Shown: piece after piece, positions 12,981 to 24,633 of the stretch
How the letters are laid out: each line of letters starts with the position of its first letter
How positions within the stretch are numbered: the first letter of the stretch is position 1
Assembly: GCA_032718475.1 (NCBI GenBank)
Contig: JAUCBJ010000941.1
Location: 1-64,000 of the forward strand
DNA length: 64,000 nt
Direction: 5' to 3'
DNA from: Nemertoderma westbladi
Lineage: Eukaryota > Animalia > Xenacoelomorpha
The notes under the pieces: model-generated
Told to the model about the DNA's origin: nothing
What the model saw: the letters and a program-made list of their open reading frames with translations, nothing else
Database searches by the model: none
Program-made: the position numbers and the translations under genes

Positions 12981-14317
12981 ATTCAGAGTTTATGCGATTA
13001 TTCGCAACATTCATATCCCCAAGTTTATTCCTACAGTAATTGTGCTTGTTATACATACCGTTACAGTTAAACTAACCCCGGTACTACATCAGGGCTGCTC
13101 GGCGTAGGTAAAGACTGGAGATTTTATGCTTTGGTCACTCCAGCAGATACCGTGGTTCTTTTAGCTGTTCAAGTATTTTTAACTACTGATTATTTGTTGT
13201 ATAAGTACTTGTACCTAATTTAGGGTTTGGTGTACAGTGCTTTCCGAAGGTGATTAGTGTGTAGGCAGTATATTTGTGTTGTAAAGTGGTTAATAGGCAC
13301 GTTGGTTCTGGTAGACCGCGGTAATTAACTTCTGGGTAGGAACACTCCGTGATACATAACGTAGTACTTATAGCGCCACGGCTATAAGTCGTCAGACGGT
13401 GGTATTTTCCTATCTGGACAACGCAGTATATTTACTACTACTTATTATTTTCAAATACCGTAGTACTCTGTCCGTTGTAATAACCAGATATTCTAACCCT
13501 TTGTTAGGCTGGTTAGTAGACTTCTTGTAAAATTACCCTAAAAATTCGTACTAGTAAATTTTTGTGTTTATTTAGAGATTGTAATCTCACCCCGAATTGT
13601 ACGTAATTTGTAGTATTAAGTAACTTAGGTAAATTAGAATTATTTGTTTTAGTGTCCAACAAGTAGCACTCCACTGAGAGCGCACAGCTTCTGTGTAGTG
13701 ACTCCCCCCAGAAATAATAACATTTATTTCAAATATTGACAAAAACCCATTTTAACGGGTATATATATTATAAATCAACTTAAATGATTTATAAAATAGT
13801 AGGCCTGCCATACAACAATTAGGTCTCAATATCAGTTGGACTACTGCTTAAATAACGGTAATAAAGTAAGTTAAAGTAACCAAGTAACCCTTAAAATTCA
13901 GAAATTCAATTATTCTAAAATAATTGACATACCGGTATTTACAATAGGCCTATTATATTTAATTCTATAAATTTTAGGCTGAAATTATACCGGTATTCTG
14001 TAATTAATTCTAGTTAATAATTATACTTATATATACTATAAGTGTAAACTGCATACCGGTATTCACGATAGGCCTATTATATATTTATATATACTTGTGC
14101 TGAAAGTACATACCAGTATTCTGTGACAAATCTAGTCTGTGACAATACTTATATATATATATACTATAAGCATACCGGTATTCTAACATATTATATATAT
14201 ATTACGCCATACTGAGTAGCAGTATCAGTAATTAATTACTAGGCTAACAGTGATACTGAATTACTAGGCTTGCTTAAACTGTAATATAGCAGTAGGCATT
14301 CAACTGTACAAACCAAC

Positions 14318-17300
14318 ATGTCTGACACAAAGCAAAACCTGTCAGACAGTCTCCTAGATACAACCATATGTGACCCAGACAGGAGTGTGGAACGTGTAGG
14401 ACCGAAGTTCAACTCACCTCCTACTGTAAGAAAGATCATCCCTCCTGTAGTAATATCAGACCCTAGGCTAGTCCAACATCGTAGGTCTATCATAGGCACT
14501 CGAGCTCAGGTCAAGTGGGACCAAGAAGCAGCGGAACAGCAACAACCCGCGAGCCAAGAACTTATTTCTCAACGGCCCGACAGCTCCAGTAGTGAGGATA
14601 CTGTAGAGCTGACACCCGAGCGCGGAGCAAAGATGACGGATGCGGTTTATTCGGATCCCCTTCTCATCCTTCCTGCAGCCGTACTCACTAGGTTATTGAT
14701 TGCGGTGGAAGAACACCAGATCGATTGGGCGAGAAATAAGCGATAGATAAGCTAAAGATAGTTATGCGGGATACACAAGGGAAGAACTGAAGTCTATTGT
14801 CGAGTCGCAATGGAACTTCCCCGGACCCGGACTCCCGTTTGATTTATCAGAAGCTGCCTGGGAAGACATACACAGGATGGGAGTAACCAAGGAAACCATC
14901 GATCCAGCTGTTTGGAAGAGGTCCTCAGCCGGATACGCACAGGGATTCTTCAGCTCTATGGAGCGATTAAAAGAACAACTGTTTCAACAACCCCAAGGAC
15001 CTCAAGAGCAGGGACATCTGCTTTATCAAGTTAGAGAAAGAATTCTACGAATCAGGCTAATCTTATCGGCCTTTGAGGAGGCTTCTAAAAGAAGACAAGA
15101 CACGTCGTTGCAAGTTGCCGTAAAGACTTGGTTTCAACGGGTGAGTCTCCAGGTTCAAGGAACGGCTCAGTGGAAAGTTCAACTGGATGAGCGCTCAACC
15201 CATGGAGAATCAACAGACGCTACTTTTTCCCAAGTGGAAAGTGAAGCGACGGCAGAGAAACCGCATAAGAGGGATGCCATTGACATCTATCTGTCAGACT
15301 ATCAACGTTTTTTAGGTGATGAAGAGTTGAGGAGAAGGCTAGATGGACTTAGCCCTAATAGTGAAGGAACCCAGCGTGTATTGGACGCCATCGATGTGGA
15401 TATGAGAGCTGCGAACCAAGCTAAATTTGATGAACAACTCCGCATCACTAGAGTCCAAGAAGAACAAGTGAAGAAAAAACGTATAGAAGACAGAAAGGCA
15501 GCGGCAGTGGCAGCAGCAGTGGCAGCTGCAGAAGCAGAAAGAAAAGCGGCAGTAGCAGCGGCAGAGGCAGAGGCAGAAAGAAAAGCGGCAGCGGCAGAAG
15601 CGGAAAGAAAGGCGGCAGTGGCAGCGGCAGAAGCGGAAAGAAAGGCGGCAGTGGCAGCGGCCGAAGCGGAAAGAGAAGCGGCAGAGGCAGTGGCAGAAGC
15701 AGAACGGAGAGCGGCTGAAGAAACCACCCAATTAGAATTGGAAAACATTCAGGAGAATCAAGACTGCATAAATAAACAGTTAACAGCTAGTAATATGCAG
15801 ATGATGAATCGATCTACTCCCAAAAGACAGGGATATACATCATCTGAGGAAGGCGATACCACCGATACTGAAGGCAAAGGAAATAGATCTCGTCTAAGCA
15901 GACATAGAAGAACATCCCACCGTCAGAAATTGCCTGATTTGCCTCCAGCTGTTAGAAGGCAACTAAATAACACAAACTTAGGTAGTACAGAACCCACAGA
16001 CCAAATAATTAAAATAGAAAGACTCCCTACTATAGTAGATGAGCCTGAAATAATTCGGCCTGTTCCCGAAGCCACCCTTTCGGTGGTATAGACACCTGAA
16101 CTCCCTGAACCTACCTCTAAATTCCCTCTGCACAGCACTAAGCTACCTGTGCCCAGCAGAACAGCCCATGAGACAATCTATGTCCTGGACTCCGAGCGAA
16201 ATATTAATGATTTGTCGCCCGTTGTCCCTCGTCCGCCCGCTACAACGTTGGCGGCTCCCGCTTCGGCGGTCGAGTGGGTGGATGAGAGACGACGGGGGAT
16301 GGATCTCCTGCTCGGGCAGATGCAGGAGACTGTTCAGCAATTCAAGGGCACAGTAAGGGAAAGTAGGTTAGAGTTGCAAGAAGTGCAGCAAAGTATCGCT
16401 CTAGAACGCGATAAATTAGTAAATACACAAAAGGGTATACCACCACCCCCTGTAACAATGTGTCAACCTGTTAGGTCTGAAGTATCTCATGCGCAAGGTG
16501 TGGAGCCTACACGCATATATACTGCTAGCGAAGTAGAAACTCCTATAGTGAACCCTATTAAGGGTAATTATAGACCTGTTGATAATGATATTCCCTATAG
16601 ACCTGATCATAATCCGAGAAATTTATATACCGATAACTCGATATTAAATAACACGATGGCCCAAGAAAGTTTTACGCGTCAAATGGCTAGAACCGAAGCC
16701 CGGCAAGCGGTAAAGGTGGGAGAGATCGTCAAGTTCAATGGAGATGAGATGAAATGGTTACCTTTTAATGAATATTATAAAGATAACATACAGAACTCTG
16801 TACTATCTAACGGAGAGAAACTTAGATTCCTCATCGAGTGCTTGGAAGGACCTCCCAAGTTAATGGCGTTAAAGTTTATTAGACATCCAGATGGATTAAG
16901 ACAAGTTTGGGATACACTAAACATCAGGTATGGTAATAGGACTAACATAGCTAGGTATTTGTATGCGAAATTAATGGCGCCCCGAAAGTTTCTTAGCAGC
17001 GGGATTATAGAGTTTTCCGACGAGATTCAGGAAATCTGTAGACAACTAGATTGGTTAGGTAAGTCTCATGAATACCAGAATTCTATGGTTGTAGGAGCCT
17101 TAGCATCAACTTTGCCAAAGGGTGGAGTAGGTACTCGCTGGGACCAAAGAGTTCTATATTTGATGGACCAACAACATAGAGATCCAACCATGACGGACCT
17201 TCTGTCATTCTTAAACAGAGAGGTAAGATTACAACTCCTAAAACAGTCTCGAGAGAAGACACCGGAAAATAAGGTAAGTGAGAAACCCGTTTCTAGGAGA

Positions 17301-19281
17301 AAGGTAACACCAGTGTGTTATACAGACGACGGCGAAAGCCAGGCCTCTCAAGAGGAGAACAACGGGAAAGACACCGAAAGATCTTACTATGTCAACAAAG
17401 CGCCTAAGGACGTAAGTAAATTTAAGTCTCGAACTAGTGACAGGAGAGAACAGGTAACAAAAACTCCTCCTACGTCTCCTAAGAGAATTCATGGAAGAAA
17501 GCCTGAGGAAAGAACGAGTGTGCACAACACTACCCAAGGTAAAGTAAGTATCATCAAACCAAAATGTGCATTGTGCGACGGGCCCCACCATTTAAGTGTG
17601 TGTGAAGAATTCTTAAAGAAATCCCTAAAAGATAGACGCGATGTCATGTGGGATAAGCGGTTGTGTTATAATTGTCTCAGACAAGGACACCAACGGCAAA
17701 CCTGTTACTCCGACGCAAGGTGTGCTAAGTGTGGCGCGAAACATCATATCTTATTGCATACCGAATTCGAAAGAAACAGCCCGAGTCAGGTAAGTGAGTC
17801 CGAACTACATGTCCAATTCAGTGATGTGAACGACACTGATCACAGTACTGAGATGGAAGGATTCTACACGGATGAATTCTCCGACGAAAACGAATCCTGT
17901 TATCTAATAAACACCGCAGTGTATCGAGCACTTACGTATGAGACTGAAACCGATAGTGAGCTCCCCCTAACTATTCCTGACCGACAACCATCTTGGAAAG
18001 CGCCAACTTCCAATGTAGGAATCCGGGAATTTCCCGTAGTGCAGTTGAGAGTCCATGGGTTAAAAAAGAGCTATATAGTGAACGCCCTCCTTGACTCCGG
18101 CAGCACAGGAACATTCATCGACAAAGAACTAGCCGAAGACATCTTTGCTGGACAACCCAAGTTCCGAACTAAGTTGAACCTTTCAGGAATTATGCAGGTT
18201 TGGAAATCTACAGTAGCTACAGACTACTATGTAGGCACGTTGTCCACCCCCCAGGATGAACTAGGAGAACACAGTATAAGGTCAGTAAAAATGGTGGCGA
18301 TAAAGAACTTCGCTACCAGCCAAGTGGAACCTTATAACTGAGATGAAGACGATTTCACCCAGCAGCATGAGATACCTAGATTCAACACCGACTACCCAGG
18401 GGTACAGATACTCATCGGCCAAAATGCGCATGAGGCGCTTGAGACATTAGAGACACGGCCTGCTCGACCGCAACCATTGCAAACCTATGCGGGAAGAACA
18501 AGAGTAGGTTGGTACTTCACTGGACCTTCCTGTAGGACACTCATGGAAAGGCTACCCAAAGATCAGGTCCATCAAGTGAGTGAATGGGAAGAAGACATCA
18601 GTGAGGGAGAGACAACCACAACTGAGGGAACACCATACTCCTCAGATAATGACGATATTAACTCTAATGTAGATCAATGGAGACATTGCCTTGGGACGAT
18701 TAATCCAGCCGACATCGCTTCCAGAGGAGCAACTCCTCAAGAACTGATAGATACTCCAGACTGGTTAGGTGGACCCGACTTCCTAAGTAAAGAAGAGGAT
18801 GAATGGCCTCCTCATCTCACCATGGCTGAGATTAGACAAGCCAAGGGAGCGGAGAAAGTCAAACCTAAAACCCGGACGAGTAAATCAAAGTTATTTAAAC
18901 CCGCGATTGATCTGTCTGTACTACACGTTTCAGTGGACGATGCTGTGAATCTAAACTCCCCCGCCACAAATAACTCTGACTGTGGAAATCAGAGAAAGAG
19001 ACTGGAAATCTGGAACACCAGACGTCTCGCAGGGACTCTCACCTCTCCTGCAGGGAGCGATAAACCACTATAGCTCCTGGAATCGGCTTTGTAAGGCCGT
19101 CACAAATCTATCGTCACTATTCCAGGACGAAGAGGAAACCTGGAATTGTATTCGAAACACAACAACTCAATCGCCCAGTTGGTCGTTTGTGTTTACTGGA
19201 AAGAGACCGAGAACTGTCCGGAAACTATGGAAGGCAAGATACTCTTCCCACGACCACCTCCCTAATCCAACAAACATCTAG
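14318..19281 (+). pseudogene. Disrupted BEL/Pao gag-pro plus RNase H remnant; RT and integrase deleted
   Basis: ORFs 14877, 16149 and 18477 share one frame, split by single stops (TAG 16089, TGA 18339). Motifs: DUF1759-like KFNGDEMKWLPF...EKLRFLIECLEG...LNIRYG; knuckles CALCDGPHHLSVC, CYNCLRQGHQRQTC, CAKCGAKHHILLH; protease LLDSGS...ILIG...TRVGW; RNase H C-terminus WRHCLGTINPADIASRG...WLGGPDFL...WP; post-RH YSSWNRL. The link to ORF 14318 needs a frameshift near 14745 (inference). Confidence 0.92.
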
Positions 19282-20436
19282 GGACTCCCCAACGTAACAG
19301 CGTCTGGAGTGGGTGTGTGACTATATTATTTTATATTCGTTTTTTATTATTCTTATATTTAGGTATGTATTATTATGTAATTTTATAATAATCGTTTTCT
19401 TTAATTTTATTTAGTAGAATGTTATTTTAGTGGTTATTTAGTAGATTAGTGCAAAATATATTCGTGTTTATTACTTAATTACTTATATTATATATTTAGT
19501 GCAACGGCGAGAAATAATTCTTTTTCTCTTTCCTTACTGTCCGTATCATATTATAAATGCGTGACTACAGTAAGATGAAATATCCGTACTTATTAAAGTA
19601 CAAAATAAAGCTCCTACTATATTCAAGTATTATTGGTAAGTAGAGTATTAGGAATGCAAAATTCAGATCCTCGTGTCTCAGCTAAACCAAGCTCTGGGTA
19701 GACCTTGGAAACGACTTGCCTCTTCTCACTGACATTGCTTCTTGCAATATTGCTCTCATACCGTATATTAAATAATACATATAGTAGCGTGATGTCCTTT
19801 TAACAGTAGCGTATAACGCAAAATAAATCTGTTAAACCCTTTGACCATCTGCAATTCTAGTCGATTAAGATATCGTGGCACCCACCGATATACTTGAAAG
19901 ACAAAATTATAGAATCAGTGGTTAACGTCCCCAGACAAGTTCTGGAATAAACTGGTGCCCATCCTAAATATTAATTATTAATATTTACAAAATCTGTCAA
20001 ATACCAGATCCTTTAAAATTCTAGTCGATTAAGATATCGTAGCACTTACCGATACTCTTAAAAGGACAAAATTCCTAGAATCAAGGATCCCAGTCCCCAG
20101 ACACGTTCTGGAATAAAATTGTGTCTATTTTAATATTAAATAATAAAATTTACGGGAATAAATTTAAATTCATATATTTCAATGAATTTAATAAATTGTC
20201 ATTTTATACAATTTATAACATTCCCAAAATTCCATTAATTAATAGATCATGGGAGCGGATATTCACTCTATTAAGTGTATTTGTGTGCGAGAATCTCCAA
20301 TATATAGTCAATAGCCGATAAAATTCAGAAAATCATATATAGAGAGGATATTGACAATTAAAGAATTACTATTAAATAGCATCCCAGATCTGTATGCATG
20401 AGAATTACCCTAATTCTACCGCTAGCTTTCCATAAT

Positions 20437-20450
20437 GTCACCATGGCAAC
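20437..20450. promoter_or_regulatory. RFX X-box-like motif upstream of the extra 3' ORF
   Basis: GTCACCATGGCAAC fits the X-box consensus GTHNYYATRRNAAC; function untested. Confidence 0.35.
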
Positions 20451-20938
20451 AACCACGCTAGAATTAGAAGTGAGTTAAAGAACAATAGAAGGCTTGCCCC
20501 ATTGAATAGCATAGGGAATAAATAGCGCACTGCTAGTATCCAAGGATACATAATAAATACAGTGACATTCTGGAAGGTACTGACTAACGGACAAATGGCC
20601 CGAATGTGTGCAGTTTATGGCAGTTGTGTTGAATTTGTGCGTTTGTAGGTGAATGTTACTACTAAGGTGTGTTTACAGTAGCGAGTCGCAATTGTGAAAG
20701 TAGCCCTAACTCTCCAGAAAGAACCTGAAGTATATCTAAGCCTTTGGGACGGACGGTGGAGTGACTTGTGCTGGTTGTTGTGGTCGTTGTGCAGCTACGA
20801 CGTTGGCGATAGGCACCTCGACGAAAGTACACCAGCGCTGAGGATCTCGCACTGTCCGGGTGCAGAGAGGGGTAGGCAGCGACGCCCGCTAGCCTAAATA
20901 TAAACTCATTATAATATTGATAAACTCATATAGCACAT

Positions 20939-22450
20939 ATGACTGAGTTGATAGAAGATGATCTTGGTATCAGGGAGCGATATACTCTACCTTTACAAGC
21001 GTTTGTTGATAGCTTGATACGCGGCGACGCTGGTCCAACTACTACGGAGGACGATGGTCGTTATATCGAACCGCCAATGTCCCAGGAACAACTTACGCGT
21101 GAATTGGACTATCGAAAATTCACTGCTCGCTATACGCATCGTAATGGTACGCATATGGACTTCTTAACTACTGGTCATCCTATCGACCTACACGATACGA
21201 ACGATATAGACACCAAAAGGGAAATGGTTTTATTTAAATATCATACCCAACGGAAGCGGAACGATAAACTGAGACTCGAACACGAAAATTCTATTCGAAA
21301 CCGACTCGAAAGTGCAGATGTTGAAGAGCCGGATAAACGCAGCGACTTCACCAAATACTGGGAATTCTTGAGAGAAACCTATCTCGATATTACCAGTCAA
21401 CAGAATCTAGAAACTTGATATCCTCAAGGTATACATCATGACCGCAGGGTAGAACTCAAACGGCTCTATTCCACTAGGATGTATCTTACCGCCGATCGAC
21501 CGCTACCTGTTGTACCGGATAGCTTCGAACAGATGGAGGAATATTGTAAGCTGGAGAAAGATCACTCGCGTTGACGTGCGTCTTTGGTATTATTGCGAGG
21601 AATGCCCTAGACCCAACCAACAAATGGAAAGACCTAAACATCCGCGGAGACGTTGCACTAAACACGGTTTTACTCGCTATACTGGCGGGAGTTTCGAGTG
21701 AAATTTGTTTGACGTATCACCTACGCTCGTTCGACTCAGACGATCCTTAAATAAACCAATGATCAGAGTTTCGGAATACTCGATCAGACCTCATCATTCC
21801 CTAGTGAGACCTCAGACTCTTGATCCTATTAGTATGACGGATCCTCCCGAGCTGTACTCACTACTCAAAGATCTAGTGTTACCTGAACAATTAGTCGGTG
21901 GCACCCCGGTGGTGGGCTTCCTAGATATTAGCCCATCCTACCTAGTCGGATTGGGACGCGGACATTTAATATCGCCGTTTAACCCTTACCATCGTCCCGG
22001 CTTAACACGATATAACCTGTCACCAGAGTGGCGGAGAGCGTTGTACCAAATGAGTTAGACGCTATTCTACACAGATCAGAAAAGGAACTTACGCTTGTTC
22101 AGATAAACGTAAATTGCATTAGCAGGTCCAAGTGGTAAACAAAGTAACTTTATCTCAGTTCGATCGGGAAATCCAGAATCTCTAAGAAGTTATCGAACTT
22201 GGACGACCCTATTCTCTGCGAGAGTTTTTGGATGAACGTATCCAGCTACGAGCGGAGGAAAATCAGCTCGAGGAGAAGCATATCGAAACGGCGGATACCC
22301 CGACCATAATCCTACATCTTCTGATGCAATCATATTGCACCCTTCACCCAGGAGTTATGGCCCTCCTAGTAAAGTGGCTCCCCCCAAAGAGAAAAGGACT
22401 CTTGTTAGCCTCAAAAACTGCGTAAACGCCGTCCTCGTAAGAAAGACTAA
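20939..22450 (+). pseudogene. Degraded additional ORF of unknown function in the env position of the BEL element
   Basis: Coding-like block with ORF pieces 20939-21418, 21510-21701 and 21705-22058 (the last two in one frame across a TGA). Contains CEEC...H...C..H and, in one frame, a basic end KLRKRRPRKKD*. No signal peptide or TM helix seen. Confidence 0.6.
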
Positions 22451-22520
22451 CTGTTTAGAGTATTTTTATATTTTAGAAACTGTGATTTGTTATATTTTAT
22501 AGACTTAAATCCCATTTTCT

Positions 22521-22528
22521 GGGAGCGG
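22521..22528 (+). other. Polypurine tract
   Basis: GGGAGCGG directly before the TGT of the 3' LTR. Confidence 0.7.
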
Positions 22529-23683
22529 TGTAAAGGCTTTTGCGTAATTAGCCGGTTATTTTCCCCGTAAAGTACTCTGTAGTTGGTTTACCAGGCATAA
22601 AAGGCCGTGTCCTTACTGTATTGTTGTTTTAGAGGACATGAAAGTAATTTCTTCTGTAGGTGTACTTTAGCGGACATAATCCGCAATTTTATGACGCAAT
22701 AAGCCGGATCCTCTTGAAACAGTGTAGCTACCATGACGACGGCTAACAGCTGATATTGCCACGTAGAACATCTCTTTGTTCTTTGTTCTCTCTTTGATCG
22801 GTCGACCAATCAGAGCGTTTTTTGCCTCTGTGTTGGAGATTTTATATAGAAACTAGGGAAGTGAGTCAGTATGTGATTTTTCCACAGCCTACAACACCGG
22901 CGTGGAACCTCCGTGTTTCAGTCTTTAGCATCAACATTAGTAGGCTTAATTATAGAACGTATATCCGTTATCTATCCTATCCTATCCTTAATATCTCACA
23001 TAATCATTCATAACTTAACATTACTGCTTTGCTGTCGGTTATTCATTATATTTGTTGATGAAATATTATATTTGGAATACTGATAAACAATCAGACACCC
23101 CAATCTTCTTGATATACTAAAGGTTAGAGAGACCGGATACATATAACGATTGCGACTTACATTAAGTGGTTTGAAGTGAATCTAATGCTATTTTATAGGC
23201 CCTACATGTATTGTCTGTTGTTCTCTTTATATGTGACTAAAATTAGTGAAGGTCGGCAGATTAGTGTGCAGCATTGTGCAGTATTGTGTATGATTGTGAT
23301 TGATAACGAAGCATATCCTAAAGAATGCGCCATATACGTGAATCTATAGCCATCCCGTTGTGTCTGGTTTAAGTCATAACTCTGTTTATATATTTAGAGC
23401 GCCACGTCCTAAAGGAACTGGTAATATTTCCCGAAAGTGAATAATATTTGTCAGAGATTATATATATTAAGATCAGTCGAATAATACAGTAGGCCTATCC
23501 CGCAATACGATTAGGCTTCCGAATCCAGTCTCCCGGGTATATCCAGCGGGTGAATGATCGCGCATAGACTGGTTTCGGCTAATGTAGTGCATCAAATATT
23601 TGTCGTAGGCTAAAGACTATCTATTATCTAGAAGACATCCTAATTTGGCAGGTTAAACTGCTAAAGGTCTGAAAGCGCGAACA
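22529..23683 (+). repeat. 3' LTR
   Basis: Copy of 10989-12143, followed by TSD GCCTA. Confidence 0.97.
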
Positions 23684-24166
23684 GCCTAATTTTTCAATAC
23701 CTTTCCCCATAACTTGTTAAGTAGTTCACATATAACCAAGAAAAACATTCAAACAATGAACAGACACCTATGTGAGACCCTGGCAAAGTTTGGTCGATAT
23801 TAATTTTGGCCTTCTCCAGAAATAGGATTTTCAATTTTTTTTTAATACGTGTGGCTTATGGTCTGGACTGCACAGAAATCAAATTTCAACATGATTTCTG
23901 AACTTTTTGGCCCAAGATATATCATATATATATCAAATATATGTATTTGGATCCTTCATAGCTATTTTGGTTCTCCTGTAATGACAATTTAAACTCTGAT
24001 AAAGTTTGGGCTACCCCCCCCCCCCCCCCTCCTTATGGTTTATTAAGCTTTAAAAAATAGTACATTATTATTGTAATATAGTAAATAATAGACTTACAGT
24101 TGTAGCCCATACTTAGGAATCTATTACAATATGTATAATTAGTATATATACTATTACAATGCTTAC

Positions 24167-24375
24167 TCTGCTAAGATCTTGTTTGACGGTAAGTCTTCAA
24201 TCTCACGTAAACTCCCGGGTATATCCAAAAATTGCGGGCTGTTTCGGTGGTTGTTTTTGCGGCCTCCTTGCTCTGGGCTGGTGTCCGCCCGCATTCTCAT
24301 ACTAAAGCTATTATTACGCGCAGATCTCTTTGCCTCTCTGGCAAACGATTCTCTATGGGTGCCCGCAACAGTAGT
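24167..24375 (-). CDS. CTLD-nAChR gene, exon 12: M3-M4 intracellular loop
   Basis: tctttcag acceptor and GTAAGC donor; open frame TTVAGTHRESFAREAKRSARNNSFSMR...LPSNKILA(E); phase 0 to 2 joins exons 11 and 13 exactly. Confidence 0.88.
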
Positions 24376-24633
24376 CTGAAAGACATTATATGTACAGTAA
24401 CAATGTAAGCCTAGATAATATAATCAATACATGCTATGTTTTTAACACTTTCGCGGTCACTGACGGTTTATACGCGCCAGATAGTTGAGCTGAGCTGTAG
24501 TCAATCGCATAGAGGATGTATGTGGGGCGAGTCAGGGGGGGGGGGGGGGGGGGGGGGGGTCAGTGTGTGTGTGTCGGAAGCCAATATATAACTAGCCATA
24601 GTATAATAATTATAATATATATATAATAATATT

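Larger units (their letters stand above)
10989..23683 (+). mobile_element. BEL/Pao LTR retrotransposon, internally deleted and non-autonomous, antisense within intron 12 of the host gene
   Basis: Two 1155-bp TGT...ACA LTRs at offset 11540; 5-bp TSD GCCTA at 10984-10988 and 23684-23688; BEL-type gag with three zinc knuckles and protease; purine tract GGGAGCGG before the 3' LTR. Confidence 0.97.
9997..24032. mobile_element. Possible Kolobok-like non-autonomous DNA element that the MITE and the BEL/Pao element inserted into
   Basis: TTAA|GGGGGGGTAGTCGAATTT at 9993-10015 vs AAAGTTTGGGCTACCCCCC...CC|TTAT at 24001-24036. TIR is imperfect and the superfamily call is inference. Confidence 0.4.

Noticed and set aside
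15302-15748. Antisense Ala-rich and Cys-rich ORFs
   Set aside because: Shadows of the AAAEAERK repeat in gag.
16089-21701. Programmed readthrough, alternative genetic code or APOBEC-type editing explaining in-frame TGA/TAG stops
   Set aside because: Frameshifts and large deletions co-occur, and the host gene uses TGG for Trp. Ordinary decay is sufficient, and editing cannot be tested without a family consensus.
20939-22450. Envelope gene
   Set aside because: No signal peptide, TM anchor or fusion-protein cysteine pattern is visible; kept as an unknown extra ORF.
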